Numbered from the stretch's first letter, positions 1 through 11,193 are shown. The stretch is DNA of 64,000 nt from Candidatus Hermodarchaeota archaeon (GCA_048885525.1 JBHLLP010000008.1:1-64000); one strand, 5' to 3'. The notes: generated from the letters alone by a model not told the origin. Made by a program: numbers and translations.

Positions 1-231
1 TACAATAGAGATTTGTTTAATACTAAAATATATTATCTCTTTCTTAGTAAAGAGTTTTATGCCCTCTTCTAACTCTCTATTTCGATCCTTATAGTAATTG
101 AAATAATAGGTTGCAACGTATATTCCCCGAAAAATTAGTAATAAAAGTAAATTAGTAAAAAATATCTGTTCAAGATTCAGGTACCCTAAAGTATATAGTT
201 GATAAAATATCATTATAATCCAATCAATCAT
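1..231 (-). CDS. Hypothetical membrane protein, 5' part only (runs off the left edge)
   Basis: Manual translation from ATG at 231 (MIDWIIMIFYQLYTLGYLNLEQIFFTNLLLLLIFRGIYVATYYF...) stays open to base 1. Not in the ORF track because no stop lies within the window. Confidence 0.55.
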   Translation of the reverse strand, partial: MIDWIIMIFYQLYTLGYLNLEQIFFTNLLLLLIFRGIYVATYYFNYYKDRNRELEEGIKLFTKKEIIYFSIKQISIV

Positions 232-324
232 AAACTTATATTAGAACTAAGTTATTAATAAAATTATCTGTAAATTCTTAAGAATTAGCTAATCTTTTAT
301 TTAGATTATAAGATTAAAATATGA

Positions 325-1785
325 ATGACAAACTTGGGAAATAAACAGCCGTTAAGGATGGAAAATAAAGAAAGAGAGATTGAAGATAATAAACATCGAA
401 GATCCCTAGGAGTTCATTTAACATCAAGAGATATTTTTTTAAAATATGTATTTCCTGAAATACAAGACAAGTTATGGCATTATACTTGGATTGATCTATA
501 TGCTGGAGAAGGAAATTTGATTTTACCCATTTTAGACTCTATTTCTTCTGAAAATCGAATTCAATTTTTTAAGGAACATATTTTTTTATTTGATATTCAA
601 CCACAAATGGTGCGAAAATGCATTCTTAATACTACGAATTATGGTATCCCTTCAGAAATTGCTGATAAGAACATTCAATTACGAGATAATTTAGAGAGTT
701 TTCCTTCATTTTTAAAGGACACACAATTTCCTTTATTTCATATAACAAATCCACCATATCTATATTTAGGATATATTAGAAAGCATAAAGAGACTCAAAA
801 ATATTTAAAATTTTTTAAAGGTAAAAATGATGGGTATCAAGACTTATACCAAATTGCGATGATAAACGATTTAAGAAATAAAATTGAAAATTTAATTTAC
901 ATAATTCCATCAAATTTTTTGTATGGCGCGTCTGTTTCAAACAAATTTCGTAAAGATTTCCTGAAATACTATTATATTGATAAAATGACAATTTTTGAAA
1001 CAAAAATATTCGATTATACAGGAACTAATATTTGTATAGGTTTTTTTAAGAGGAAAGGTGTTCTAAAGAGCGAGAATCTGGAATTTAATGGAATTAAGAT
1101 AAAAAAGCAAAATAAGCAAATTATAAAAAAATATATACTTAAGCCTGAGTACAATTATCGTGCTGGATCTGAATTTGATCAATTTCTTCAAGAATTTAAT
1201 GCGAAATTACCATTAAAAATAAATTATTATTTACTAAAAAAAGATGTTATAAAGAATAAAGGAGACAATGAGATTAAGGTTATTGATGCTAATAAATATC
1301 AAAATAATGAATATAAGAGATTTACTCTCTATGTTAATGATTATTTAAAAGAAAAAGTTAAATCCAACATCATTTATGTTCGAACTGTTGATACCGGATC
1401 CTATCATGGTAGAGTTGGATTGGGATTAATTAGATATGATTTTAAAGTTGATGGAATTTATGTTTCAGGGAACACATATCGTACCCATCCAATTCAAATA
1501 TTTTTTGAGCCAAATATTACACATGATGAACAGAAATTATTGAAAAATTATTTTAATTTCATATTAGAAAATTTTAGGGAGAAATTAGACAGTGAATTCC
1601 TCACAACCTATAAATATTCAGAAGCAGAATATACGAGGAAGTATCTAGGTTTAACTCAAGTTAGAAAATTAATTCAAACTTTCCCACATAGCTATAATAA
1701 TGGTGAATTCAACGATAATCTAAATTATCTAATCGAGAAAAAAGAATTTGACAAAATATTAGAATTATTAAAAACTCGCAAGTAA
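325..1785 (+). CDS. N6-adenine DNA methyltransferase (Eco57I/TaqI-like, gamma-class motif order)
   Basis: Motif X-like LGVHLTS, motif I DLYAGEGNL, motif IV TNPPY, then DLYQ and IIPSNFL. Confidence 0.8.
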   Translation: MTNLGNKQPLRMENKEREIEDNKHRRSLGVHLTSRDIFLKYVFPEIQDKLWHYTWIDLYAGEGNLILPILDSISSENRIQFFKEHIFLFDIQPQMVRKCILNTTNYGIPSEIADKNIQLRDNLESFPSFLKDTQFPLFHITNPPYLYLGYIRKHKETQKYLKFFKGKNDGYQDLYQIAMINDLRNKIENLIYIIPSNFLYGASVSNKFRKDFLKYYYIDKMTIFETKIFDYTGTNICIGFFKRKGVLKSENLEFNGIKIKKQNKQIIKKYILKPEYNYRAGSEFDQFLQEFNAKLPLKINYYLLKKDVIKNKGDNEIKVIDANKYQNNEYKRFTLYVNDYLKEKVKSNIIYVRTVDTGSYHGRVGLGLIRYDFKVDGIYVSGNTYRTHPIQIFFEPNITHDEQKLLKNYFNFILENFREKLDSEFLTTYKYSEAEYTRKYLGLTQVRKLIQTFPHSYNNGEFNDNLNYLIEKKEFDKILELLKTRK

Positions 1786-2640
1786 AAAGGCAATTAATCC
1801 GAGAAACATGGCGATTTTTAATAATAGACTAATTCTTTTAAAATCTTTTCTTACTAAATTGCGTTTTAACATCAAAATTATTGTATAGAGAGTCAAAACT
1901 AAACCGAAAGCCATAGAGATTAAGAAGCGTAAGCGATTTAAAATATTTGTGAAATATGGTAAAATAGAGAATATAATTGCTAATACAGCAAATATAAGAG
2001 AAGTGATTGTTGATTTTTTAACACCAACCTGAATTGCTAATGTTTTTACGCCTTGGCTTTTATCTCCTTCAATATCTTCACACCCCTTAATAACTTCTCG
2101 TGAAAGGAGTAGAAAAAATGACGTTAAAAAGAAGTAGTAAATATATGGAGGTATTAGCGAATTATTTAAAACAGCTCCATAAATAAGTCCAATCGAAAAA
2201 GATACACTCACAATAATATTTCCAAAAAATCCGCTTTTTTTACCCCAAGCTGCGTACAACCATCCAATAAAAGCAAAAAAAACAGCTAAAATAATATTCA
2301 AGTACCCAATATTAAATAAAATGCTATTCAAAATAGCGATCACTATCCCTATCAAAGAAATCATTATCCATAAGATCTTTGCTTGGTCCAAAGTTATTGA
2401 TCCTCTAGGTATAGGCCTTTCTGGACGATTAATTTTATCAATTTCAATATCGTAATAATCATTAATGATCATTCCAGAGCCTGCGATAAAGAAATAAGTG
2501 AGAACACCTAAAATTAGATTTAAAATTAATCTAAGGGGATCAATACCTAATCTTGTATTTAAAATTCCTATAATAACAGTTAAACTACCCATTAAATCAT
2601 TTATTGGGCGAAGAATTTCGATGGTATCCTTAAATTTCAT
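1768..2640 (-). CDS. Digeranylgeranylglyceryl phosphate (DGGGP) synthase, UbiA prenyltransferase family
   Basis: INDYYDIEIDKINRPERPIPRG and second motif KGCEDIEGD; multi-TM; adjacent to GGGP synthase. Confidence 0.9.
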   Translation of the reverse strand: MKFKDTIEILRPINDLMGSLTVIIGILNTRLGIDPLRLILNLILGVLTYFFIAGSGMIINDYYDIEIDKINRPERPIPRGSITLDQAKILWIMISLIGIVIAILNSILFNIGYLNIILAVFFAFIGWLYAAWGKKSGFFGNIIVSVSFSIGLIYGAVLNNSLIPPYIYYFFLTSFFLLLSREVIKGCEDIEGDKSQGVKTLAIQVGVKKSTITSLIFAVLAIIFSILPYFTNILNRLRFLISMAFGLVLTLYTIILMLKRNLVRKDFKRISLLLKIAMFLGLIAFLLASF

Positions 2641-2653
2641 AAAAACACATCCT

Positions 2654-3481
2654 TTATTTTAATGGATAATTTTTTTTCTGTGATTTTCCCGCGTTTTTAA
2701 TTGCATCTATTATGCCTTTTAATGAGTCTCCATTATCCTTAAGAATATGATTCTCAATATAAGTACCCATAACGATGATATCTGCTCCAGCATCCACAAA
2801 GGCTCTAGCATCTTCTTTATTATCAACCCCGCCTCCAGCGATTATTGGAATATTTAGAATTGATGAACATGTTTTTATATGTTCAACTGGAATTTTTTCT
2901 CCTCCCGAACCAGCCTCCAAATATATAATTTTGAAACCAAACATTTCTGCCGCTAAAGCATATGCTGCAGTTAATTTAGGTTTATTTCTAGGCAATAATT
3001 TCGCATTCCCTATCCACCCAGCACTACCTCCAGGTTCTATTATTAAATATGCCATCGATATATATTCCAAGTTATAAGATTTAATCGTATATGAAGCAAG
3101 GGCTTGCTGACCAATAATGGAATAAGGATCAGATGAGTTTAATAAAGACATAAAAAAAATCGCATCCGCATGTTTAGATACATTACTAATACCTCCGGGA
3201 AAAATAATTATTGGAACCGAAACCTTTTCTTTTATTGTTATTATCGTTTTATCTACAAAGTTTTGATCGAATACAGTACTTCCTCCAATTAAAATAGCAT
3301 CAGTACCAGCATCCTCAGCATATTTTGCCATCTTTGCTGCTTTACCTGGCCCTTGTCTTAATGGATCTGGGTCTATTAAAGAAAAATGTAAAGCTCCTTC
3401 ATTGTTAATTTTTTTAATTATATATTCATATGTACTTCTTTCAATATATTCATCGATTACAATATCAACCATAAATTTCAC
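2654..3481 (-). CDS. Geranylgeranylglyceryl phosphate (GGGP) synthase, PcrB family
   Basis: LIDPD, ILIGGST, IIFPG, YLEAGSG, AGGGV and GADIIVMGT TIM-barrel motifs. Confidence 0.92.
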   Translation of the reverse strand: MKFMVDIVIDEYIERSTYEYIIKKINNEGALHFSLIDPDPLRQGPGKAAKMAKYAEDAGTDAILIGGSTVFDQNFVDKTIITIKEKVSVPIIIFPGGISNVSKHADAIFFMSLLNSSDPYSIIGQQALASYTIKSYNLEYISMAYLIIEPGGSAGWIGNAKLLPRNKPKLTAAYALAAEMFGFKIIYLEAGSGGEKIPVEHIKTCSSILNIPIIAGGGVDNKEDARAFVDAGADIIVMGTYIENHILKDNGDSLKGIIDAIKNAGKSQKKNYPLK

Positions 3482-3495
3482 ATCTTTTAACTTTA

Positions 3496-4887
3496 TTATT
3501 TTTTTTTAGTATTCACAATCATTCTTTCGATTTTATTGTATATTGCTATAACACTTTCTTTCCAATTAGAAAATTGATCTAAATTCTTAGGGAAATTTTT
3601 ATAAAGTTTAGCTATCTCCTTCATTCTAATTCTGAGATAATTAAGATCTAATAATAAATTTGGTTGAGATATTCCTTTAAAAGCTTTAACCGCCATATTA
3701 ATTAATGACAAATTTAATCCTCCTGTAGAGGAAATTTCTAAAATCTCTTCTCCGCTTAATAAATCGCGTTCTAAGCTAAAATTCAATTCCTCATTTGAAA
3801 GGTTTTGAAGTACAATTCTTAATAAATCTAATGAGGCAAATTCCGCTCCAAAACTCGTCATTACATTAAAATTATAATCCCATAATTCTTTTATAGAATT
3901 ATCACCATTTTCAATAGCATGAACTGCTGAATTTGCAGCTAGATAGCCAGCTCTCATAGAAGGGTCTATCCCACCACCATGAAGTGGATTAACTTGACAA
4001 GCAGCATCTCCTACTAGCATAAATCCATTATCAGCACATGACCATAGTGGTCTTCTCACAGGAACTACACCTCCTCCTGTTGAGAGAATTTCAACATTGG
4101 ATGTTTTAATAAATTCTTGAAATACATTTGTTTTATATAAATCCTTTACTTTACCTCGATAATCCATAAAGGTTCCAATTCCTATATTAATAGAAGACGG
4201 GTTTTTTGGAAAATACCAAATGTATCCTCCTGGAGCTTTTTCTTGATCAAGAATTATTGTAATATATTCAGGATCATCTATTTGTTGATCTTTAGGTGAA
4301 AATTTCACAATCTCACGATAACATAAAATACTATCATTTTTTGATATGTTTTTTTCTATTAGTGAACTTATGACATTCTTTCTTAAGGGAGAATGAAATC
4401 CACTCGCATCAATAATGATTTTGGCATTAAGGTTTAGTTTTTCTCCATTTTCTAATTTAACTTGAAGCCCAGTAACAGTTCCATTTGTATATAACAAATC
4501 TAACGCCATAGTATTATCTAAAAATTGTTTGACACCCGCATCAAGAGCTTCATTCAATAATCTTTGTCCAAATTCTAATCTATTTACTATATAACCTGCT
4601 TGTTTAGGATCTAAAAGAGTAATACACTTCTTATGGTTTGGCGAATATAATTTTGCTCCTTTTATATAACATGAGAGTTCTTCATTTTTTGGGTGGTTTA
4701 TCCTTAAGAAATCAAAAATTTCATTTCCAACAGCATCACCACATATTTTATCTCCAATCTTTAATTTTGGCTTTCTGTCTATTAAACATACATCCAGACC
4801 TTTCCTAGCAGCAAATCTCGCAGATGTGGTTCCACCCGTACCAGCTCCGACAACAATTACATCAAAGGATTTCTGTATGTTTTCCAT
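3496..4887 (-). CDS. Geranylgeranyl reductase (DGGGPL reductase)
   Basis: FAD motif VVGAGTGG, CGDAV, PGGYIWYFPK, LVGDAACQVNPLHGGGI. Confidence 0.9.
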   Translation of the reverse strand: MENIQKSFDVIVVGAGTGGTTSARFAARKGLDVCLIDRKPKLKIGDKICGDAVGNEIFDFLRINHPKNEELSCYIKGAKLYSPNHKKCITLLDPKQAGYIVNRLEFGQRLLNEALDAGVKQFLDNTMALDLLYTNGTVTGLQVKLENGEKLNLNAKIIIDASGFHSPLRKNVISSLIEKNISKNDSILCYREIVKFSPKDQQIDDPEYITIILDQEKAPGGYIWYFPKNPSSINIGIGTFMDYRGKVKDLYKTNVFQEFIKTSNVEILSTGGGVVPVRRPLWSCADNGFMLVGDAACQVNPLHGGGIDPSMRAGYLAANSAVHAIENGDNSIKELWDYNFNVMTSFGAEFASLDLLRIVLQNLSNEELNFSLERDLLSGEEILEISSTGGLNLSLINMAVKAFKGISQPNLLLDLNYLRIRMKEIAKLYKNFPKNLDQFSNWKESVIAIYNKIERMIVNTKKK

Positions 4888-4933
4888 ATCAAGAGGTTTT
4901 ATATAAATATTAAAATAAAAATTTAAAAAATTA

Positions 4934-5683
4934 TTAAATTAAAGTTAGGAGATAAATAATTAATGTACTGCCTATTGGGACCGTTAAATCATCGAATGTA
5001 CTTGGAGATACTAACTCGATTAAAGTTGCAATAACACTGGTAATTAAAGAATATATTAAAATCGTAGGTAAAGTTAAAGGTTCTTGAAAAGTAGGAATTA
5101 GCAAACCAAAGAAAAAAAATGAAAGAAAACATAATATAAAAGCTGTTATAAAGAAAGTTAATGAACCCTCAAGTGTTCTTTTTGAGTTTGTCCATGACAA
5201 ACATAAACTTATCTTTCCCCAACGTTTTCCTATTACTGAAGCTAAAGTATCCGCCACTATCATTATTAGAACGCCAGCAATTGGAAAATAAAATTGGTCA
5301 GGCTCATAAATTCCAAAGATGAAAACTAATAGTGTTATTGAAAGGCAATAAAAAAATGGACCTTGGAGAAAAGCTCTCTTTAGGCCATCTTCTTGTTCTT
5401 CCGAGATTGCATCATATAAATCTTTTAATTGTTTTACTTTTGATTCTTTAGAGCTAAAATAAACCAGCACTGTTAGGGTGCCTGCGATAATTGTAGGCCA
5501 AAATGGCCAAAAGTAAAAAGGAGAACTTAATATTGCCAACCCCGCGAACATATGAACTGATTTTCGCGCAGTAAATTTAGTAATTTTTTCTTTTTTATAT
5601 AATATCAGCGGGATAAAAATTGCTAAGAGGATATAGAAGAATGTAATTCCGACAATTCCTAAGTCAGTGAAAATATTTGTCAT
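4934..5683 (-). CDS. SEC59/phytol-kinase-like CTP-dependent isoprenoid-alcohol kinase (membrane)
   Basis: ARKSVHM, ADTLASVIGKRWGK, KRTLEGS, IELVS and DDLTVP motifs. Confidence 0.8.
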   Translation of the reverse strand: MTNIFTDLGIVGITFFYILLAIFIPLILYKKEKITKFTARKSVHMFAGLAILSSPFYFWPFWPTIIAGTLTVLVYFSSKESKVKQLKDLYDAISEEQEDGLKRAFLQGPFFYCLSITLLVFIFGIYEPDQFYFPIAGVLIMIVADTLASVIGKRWGKISLCLSWTNSKRTLEGSLTFFITAFILCFLSFFFFGLLIPTFQEPLTLPTILIYSLITSVIATLIELVSPSTFDDLTVPIGSTLIIYLLTLI

Positions 5684-5784
5684 TTCAGTACTAATTAGTT
5701 TAATTATTAAGCCAAAAAAGTATTCTTACTTTAAAGACTTTATCAACTGATTAGTTTTTATTACAAATAAGAATATGAAATATC

Positions 5785-6978
5785 TTATAATGGTGGTAAT
5801 GGTGGGACCTCATCATATTTCCATTCAACCACTACTGGATATGTCCACCAGTGATCAGGGATCCTTGAATAAACACCATATTTATTTAGACCAGCAGAAA
5901 ATGCATCTATATTTACTCTTGGTGCTTTGATATGGTCTTCTTGTGGGTAAAAATAGGCTCCATAGCCACCTTTTTCGGTACCAAGATTCCGAATCATATG
6001 CCAAACTTCTCTTTCACACTGTTCAGGTGTGCCTATTGGATATATGGATTGAATATTCACACAACCCCAGATCATGATTTTTCCACGGAATTTACTTAAG
6101 GCAGGATATCCTATCATACGAGGACTGTCTAATTCAATTGCATCTAAACCCCATTCAATTAATAAAGGAATCAACTTATCAATTTTTCCACAGCTATGTA
6201 AATGGAAATCACATTCAAGTTTGTGAGCTGTATCAATGAGTCGCTTATAAACAGGTTCATAAAATTCTTTGAAAGTTCTCGGATTAAAGAAAGGTCCTTT
6301 CTGTTCTCCTAAATCATCATACATAATAAAACCATGTGGTTTAGCTCCAGATTTGACCCACATCTTTTCAAATTTTATATATTGATTGGTAAGATATTCT
6401 AATAAATATTCTAATTTTTCCTTGTGTTGTTTATGATCCAATAATAATGAATTGAAACCACGCATATTTGCAGCAATTTGAAATGGTCCTAAATCAAGTA
6501 AACACATGCGATATTTTTTTTCCCCCATTTTTTTACTTAGTTCTACAAAAAAAGAGTAAGAACTCATATCATCAAAAATTGGGGTATATTTCTGAAAGTA
6601 TTCATCAGTATTTCTATAGTCTAATAGTGAAGGTTTGCTAGGATGTCCCATAGTATTAACTCCCGATCTTTTCCAAATTGTGCCCCACTCATCAATTTCT
6701 TCCCTAGGAATATCAAGCCATTTTTCAAATTTTGGATCTTCTGCCCAATCTGGTTTTTCCCAATTCCAAAGATGGGACTTAATAATTAAATCGCTTTCAA
6801 CGTGAGGAAATAAGCATTGCTCATTTTTACCATATCCGGGTTGCCACTGCTTAGACGGCATTCTAGCTAATGTAAATACATCACTTTTACCGAATGGTCT
6901 CCAAATGGGTACTTTATCTGGATTTGTGAAATTAATAGCAGCTTTTACACGTTCAAGTGAGTTAAAAGTCAATATCAC
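5785..6978 (-). CDS. Uroporphyrinogen decarboxylase-family protein (MtaA/CmuA-like methyltransferase fold)
   Basis: ERVKAAINFTNPDKVP, DEWG, MYDDLG, FHLHSCGKI, WGCVNIQ...GTPE. Confidence 0.8.
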   Translation of the reverse strand: MILTFNSLERVKAAINFTNPDKVPIWRPFGKSDVFTLARMPSKQWQPGYGKNEQCLFPHVESDLIIKSHLWNWEKPDWAEDPKFEKWLDIPREEIDEWGTIWKRSGVNTMGHPSKPSLLDYRNTDEYFQKYTPIFDDMSSYSFFVELSKKMGEKKYRMCLLDLGPFQIAANMRGFNSLLLDHKQHKEKLEYLLEYLTNQYIKFEKMWVKSGAKPHGFIMYDDLGEQKGPFFNPRTFKEFYEPVYKRLIDTAHKLECDFHLHSCGKIDKLIPLLIEWGLDAIELDSPRMIGYPALSKFRGKIMIWGCVNIQSIYPIGTPEQCEREVWHMIRNLGTEKGGYGAYFYPQEDHIKAPRVNIDAFSAGLNKYGVYSRIPDHWWTYPVVVEWKYDEVPPLPPL

Positions 6979-7135
6979 TTCGTAATCTAATATTCTTTCA
7001 GTTTGATTTGTAAATTTTTTTCTTAATATTCAATATTGAATTTTTTTTTATTAAAATTTTTATATAACCTCAAATTTCCTTTTTCAAAAAAAAAGTTAGT
7101 ATATTAAAATCTTAACTACATTTATCCATACTTAA

Positions 7136-9811
7136 ATGTCTAAAGAGAGTTATGGCTCGGGTTATTTTGGTGAATGGATTGAAGATGAATTTGAATTACC
7201 TGCTTATCGTTATACTTGCGATCAAATCAGTGACCCTAAAGCAATCACGCCTATGAATGAAATTTGGCATGCTAAAACTGATCATTGGCACCAAGTAGGG
7301 AATGATCGATTAGTTGCTGTTGCATCTAATTACGGATACCTTCAAGTTAGACAAGATGAAGGAGGTCCAAAGTTTCTTAATGTTTACGATCCTGAAAATA
7401 AACATTACGCTGGAGGTTTTGGGTATTTAACTGATGGAAATAATATGATTTCTACTTTTTACTCTAAGCGTTATTCATCATTTGAACGGATATTTGGAAT
7501 GGGTTACTACAGAAAGGTTGTTGAGGATAAAGGATATACTGCAGATCAGGTTATTTTTGCTCCTTTTGGAGATGATCCAATTTTAATTTCACAAATTACA
7601 ATAGCTAATAATCGTGAAATAGCAGTGGATTTAGATTGGGTTGAATATTGGGGTTGTTTTATGTATCAATTTTCATTATTATCTTTTGGTAAAGGTTTAC
7701 AGGCAAGAGATCATTCGATAACTAGGAAGCTTAGAAGAGAGTTTAGTGAGAAGTTTAAACATAAATTTCAAATTATAGATAATCATAGAGGACTGTTAGA
7801 AACAAAATATATTAGTACTGGTGTTAGCAAAGCAAATAATAAAGCTCAAACTAAAAAACCTAGCGATAATGATAATCACCCACCATCAACATTTCTTGTC
7901 TCTCTTGATGCCACTGCAGATGATCTAAGTACGAATGACACCTTATTTTTTGGTAATAATGAAATACATTCCCCTGAAGGGATTGTTTTAGCATTTAATT
8001 CGGAAGATTCTATCTCAGATCTTGGAAATGCAATGTTTATTAAACGAAAAATCCACTTAGAGCCCTCAGAAAGTCAAACTTTATATTTTGGGTTTGGTTA
8101 TCTTCCAGATGATTTTGATCTCACTTCCCTTTTAAATAAATATAATAAAGACATATCAAACTTATGGAGAAAATCTAGCCATGCTTGGAAAGAAAACACT
8201 ATGCTATTAAACGTACCCGGAGAACCTTGGATATACAGAGAATTAAAATGGCATAATTATTATTTAAGAAGTGCTATGACTTATGATAGTTTTTTTCAAG
8301 AACATATCCTTTCACAAGGATTAATATATCAGTATATTATGGGTTTTCAAGGTGCTGCACGTGATCCCCTACAGCATGTTAAACCATTTCTATTCATTGA
8401 ACCAGAAATTGTGAAAGAAATTATTAGATATACTATGAAGGAGATATATGAAGACGGAGAAATACCATATAGTATAACTGGTTTTGGCATAATATTTGAA
8501 TGGATTAAATCGAGTGATTTTGAATTGTGGCTTTTATGGTTAGTAAGTGAGTTTATTCTTGTGACCCGCGATATAAACTTTCTAGATGAGGAAATTCCAA
8601 CATATCCTCTTTATGGTAGAAAAGCGGGAAGATCAACAGTACGAGAATTATTAGATAGATGTTATAAACATTTTACTGAAATTACAGGAACTGGTCCTCA
8701 TGGAATTCAACGATTATCCGTTGGTGATTGGAATGATTCAATAATCTGGGGATTAGTTCCTAAAGAAAAAAAAAGTGAAGTTCGAAAAAATGGAGAGAGT
8801 GTTTTAAACTCAGCCATGGCTACTTATACTCTAAAACAATATGCTGAGATATTAAATTTAAGTGGTGATATTGATAAAGCAAATCAAATTCTCGAATATG
8901 TTAAATCTCAAATTGAAGCTGTTCGTGCTCAATGGACTGGCAATTGGTTCAAACGAGCATGGCTAACAGAAGATATCGGATGGTTTGGAGAAGATCAGAT
9001 ATGGTTAGCGCCCCAACCTTGGACAATTATAGGAGAAATAACAAATCAAGAACAAACAAATGTTTTAATTAAATCTATTGATCAATTATTGCGAGATCCA
9101 TCACCAATTGGTGCCCTACTTCATAGTAAAGGTTTTGAAGGTAAAATCATAGGTATGGCTGCAAACGCAGGAATCTGGTATTCCATAAATGGTACATTAA
9201 TATGGGCTTTATCTAAAGTAGATGGAAAAATGGCTTGGGATGAATGGAAGAAAAATACACTAGTATATCATGCCGAAAATTATCCAGATATATGGTATGG
9301 AATATGGAGTGGACCAGACACATATAATTCTGTTTTATCAAAATATCCAGGACATACAATTTTTAATCCATTCTACCTCACTGGCGATCCTAAAGATGAA
9401 TCAAAAATTCTTACATCAACCGGATTAAACTTCACAGATTTTCCTATTATGAATCTTCATAGTCATGCATGGCCTCTATATAACACAATACATCTAATAG
9501 GGGCAGAATTCACTAGTGAAGGCATTAAATTTTCACCAATTATACCTAAAGAAAAATATGAATTTATCTCTCCCTTATTAGGATTTAAAAAATCAAATGA
9601 GGCTTATTCTGGTTGGTATGCTCCACTTGTTGAAGGTAATTGGAAAATTGTCCTAAAATTGAACAAAGAAGAAATCGAAAAAATCGTTTCCTTAGAAGTA
9701 AATGGTAAAAAGGAAGATTTTATTATTGATAATAATAAAATAACTTGGAAAGGGAAAAGTAAACCAAATAACCCTTTAAAATGGAGGTTAATTTACAATT
9801 TAGATGTTTGA
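7136..9811 (+). CDS. GH94-like glycoside phosphorylase/hydrolase
   Basis: GAARDPLQH, GPHGIQRLSVGDWNDS, GESVLNS, NAGIWYSIN resemble the cellobiose-phosphorylase catalytic domain. Confidence 0.7.
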   Translation: MSKESYGSGYFGEWIEDEFELPAYRYTCDQISDPKAITPMNEIWHAKTDHWHQVGNDRLVAVASNYGYLQVRQDEGGPKFLNVYDPENKHYAGGFGYLTDGNNMISTFYSKRYSSFERIFGMGYYRKVVEDKGYTADQVIFAPFGDDPILISQITIANNREIAVDLDWVEYWGCFMYQFSLLSFGKGLQARDHSITRKLRREFSEKFKHKFQIIDNHRGLLETKYISTGVSKANNKAQTKKPSDNDNHPPSTFLVSLDATADDLSTNDTLFFGNNEIHSPEGIVLAFNSEDSISDLGNAMFIKRKIHLEPSESQTLYFGFGYLPDDFDLTSLLNKYNKDISNLWRKSSHAWKENTMLLNVPGEPWIYRELKWHNYYLRSAMTYDSFFQEHILSQGLIYQYIMGFQGAARDPLQHVKPFLFIEPEIVKEIIRYTMKEIYEDGEIPYSITGFGIIFEWIKSSDFELWLLWLVSEFILVTRDINFLDEEIPTYPLYGRKAGRSTVRELLDRCYKHFTEITGTGPHGIQRLSVGDWNDSIIWGLVPKEKKSEVRKNGESVLNSAMATYTLKQYAEILNLSGDIDKANQILEYVKSQIEAVRAQWTGNWFKRAWLTEDIGWFGEDQIWLAPQPWTIIGEITNQEQTNVLIKSIDQLLRDPSPIGALLHSKGFEGKIIGMAANAGIWYSINGTLIWALSKVDGKMAWDEWKKNTLVYHAENYPDIWYGIWSGPDTYNSVLSKYPGHTIFNPFYLTGDPKDESKILTSTGLNFTDFPIMNLHSHAWPLYNTIHLIGAEFTSEGIKFSPIIPKEKYEFISPLLGFKKSNEAYSGWYAPLVEGNWKIVLKLNKEEIEKIVSLEVNGKKEDFIIDNNKITWKGKSKPNNPLKWRLIYNLDV

Positions 9812-9822
9812 GGTAAAAATAA

Positions 9823-11193
9823 ATGAAAAGAATAGAATTTTCTAATAATTTTATTTGGGGCGCAGCTACAGCAAGTTATCAAATAGAAGGAGCATGGCAA
9901 GAAGATGGAAAAGGTGAAAGTATTTGGGATGATGTCTGTCACAATACAAAAAATATAAAAGATCAAGATACAGGAGATATCGCATGTGACCATTACCATC
10001 GATATAAAGAAGATGTTCAAATAATGAAAAATTTAGGTTTGAAGGCATATCGATTTTCAGTTTCATGGCCTCGTATTTTTCCATCAGGTAAGGGCAAAAT
10101 TAATCAAAAAGGAGTTGAATTTTATGATAATCTAATTAATGAATTATTAGACAATAAGATTAAACCCGTAATAACATTGTATCATTGGGATTTACCTTTA
10201 TCTCTACAAAAGATTGGGGGTTGGGAAAGCCGAAAAGTAGTTGATGCTTTTGTAGATTATGCTAATTTTATGTTTAATCATTTTGGAGACCGTGTGAAGA
10301 AATGGATAACTTTTAATGAGCCATTAGTTTTTACAATGTGGTTTTATTCATTTGGACTTTATGATCTAAAACCTGATGTTAGGAGAGGATATTTAGCCTC
10401 AATCTGTGTTAATGCAGCTCATGCAAAAGCAGTAGAAAGGTATCGTAATTCTAAGAACTCAGATGGGGAAATCGGTATTACACTTAATTTGTCTCATGTA
10501 TACCCAGAGACTGATTCTGAGTTGGATCAAAAAGCAGTAAAATATGTTGACGGTGTAAATAATCGGTGGTTTATTGATCCCGTATTAAAAGCTTCTTATC
10601 CTCAAGACATTCTAGATGTTGTTAGTAAACGGTTTAATATTCCTCAGATACCGAAAGAAGATTTAATAATGCTTAAAGATAATCCGATTGATTTCTTAGG
10701 AATAAATAATTATGATTGCACCAGAGTTAGTGCAGAAAACCCAGATGATTTAACCAGTTTGAGAAAATTAATTAAGCGTGAAAGAATAAAAGGGCGTGAA
10801 TATTCAGAAATGGGTTGGGAAGTGTGCCCTGAAGGATTTTACGATTTATTAATAAGAATTGACAAAGATTACAAACATCCAATAATTTATATTACTGAAA
10901 ATGGAATGGCTTGTAAGGATGAAAAGATCATAGATAATGTAGTTCAAGATGAAGATCGCATAAACTACTTAAAACATTATCTTGAAGCGGCTCATAGAGC
11001 GATTGAGAAGGGTGTGAGGTTGAAAGGATATTTTGTTTGGTCATTAATGGATAATTTCGAATGGGTTGAAGGATATTCCAAACGTTTTGGATTAATTCGA
11101 GTAAATTATGAAACTCAAGAGCGAATGTGGAAAAAAAGCGCTCAATGGTACCAAGAAGTCATTGCTAGAAATGGTTTTGAAATTTATATTTAA
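9823..11193 (+). CDS. GH1 beta-glucosidase
   Basis: FIWGAATASYQIEGA, TFNEP (acid/base), ITENG (nucleophile), WSLMDNFEW. Confidence 0.95.
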   Translation: MKRIEFSNNFIWGAATASYQIEGAWQEDGKGESIWDDVCHNTKNIKDQDTGDIACDHYHRYKEDVQIMKNLGLKAYRFSVSWPRIFPSGKGKINQKGVEFYDNLINELLDNKIKPVITLYHWDLPLSLQKIGGWESRKVVDAFVDYANFMFNHFGDRVKKWITFNEPLVFTMWFYSFGLYDLKPDVRRGYLASICVNAAHAKAVERYRNSKNSDGEIGITLNLSHVYPETDSELDQKAVKYVDGVNNRWFIDPVLKASYPQDILDVVSKRFNIPQIPKEDLIMLKDNPIDFLGINNYDCTRVSAENPDDLTSLRKLIKRERIKGREYSEMGWEVCPEGFYDLLIRIDKDYKHPIIYITENGMACKDEKIIDNVVQDEDRINYLKHYLEAAHRAIEKGVRLKGYFVWSLMDNFEWVEGYSKRFGLIRVNYETQERMWKKSAQWYQEVIARNGFEIYI

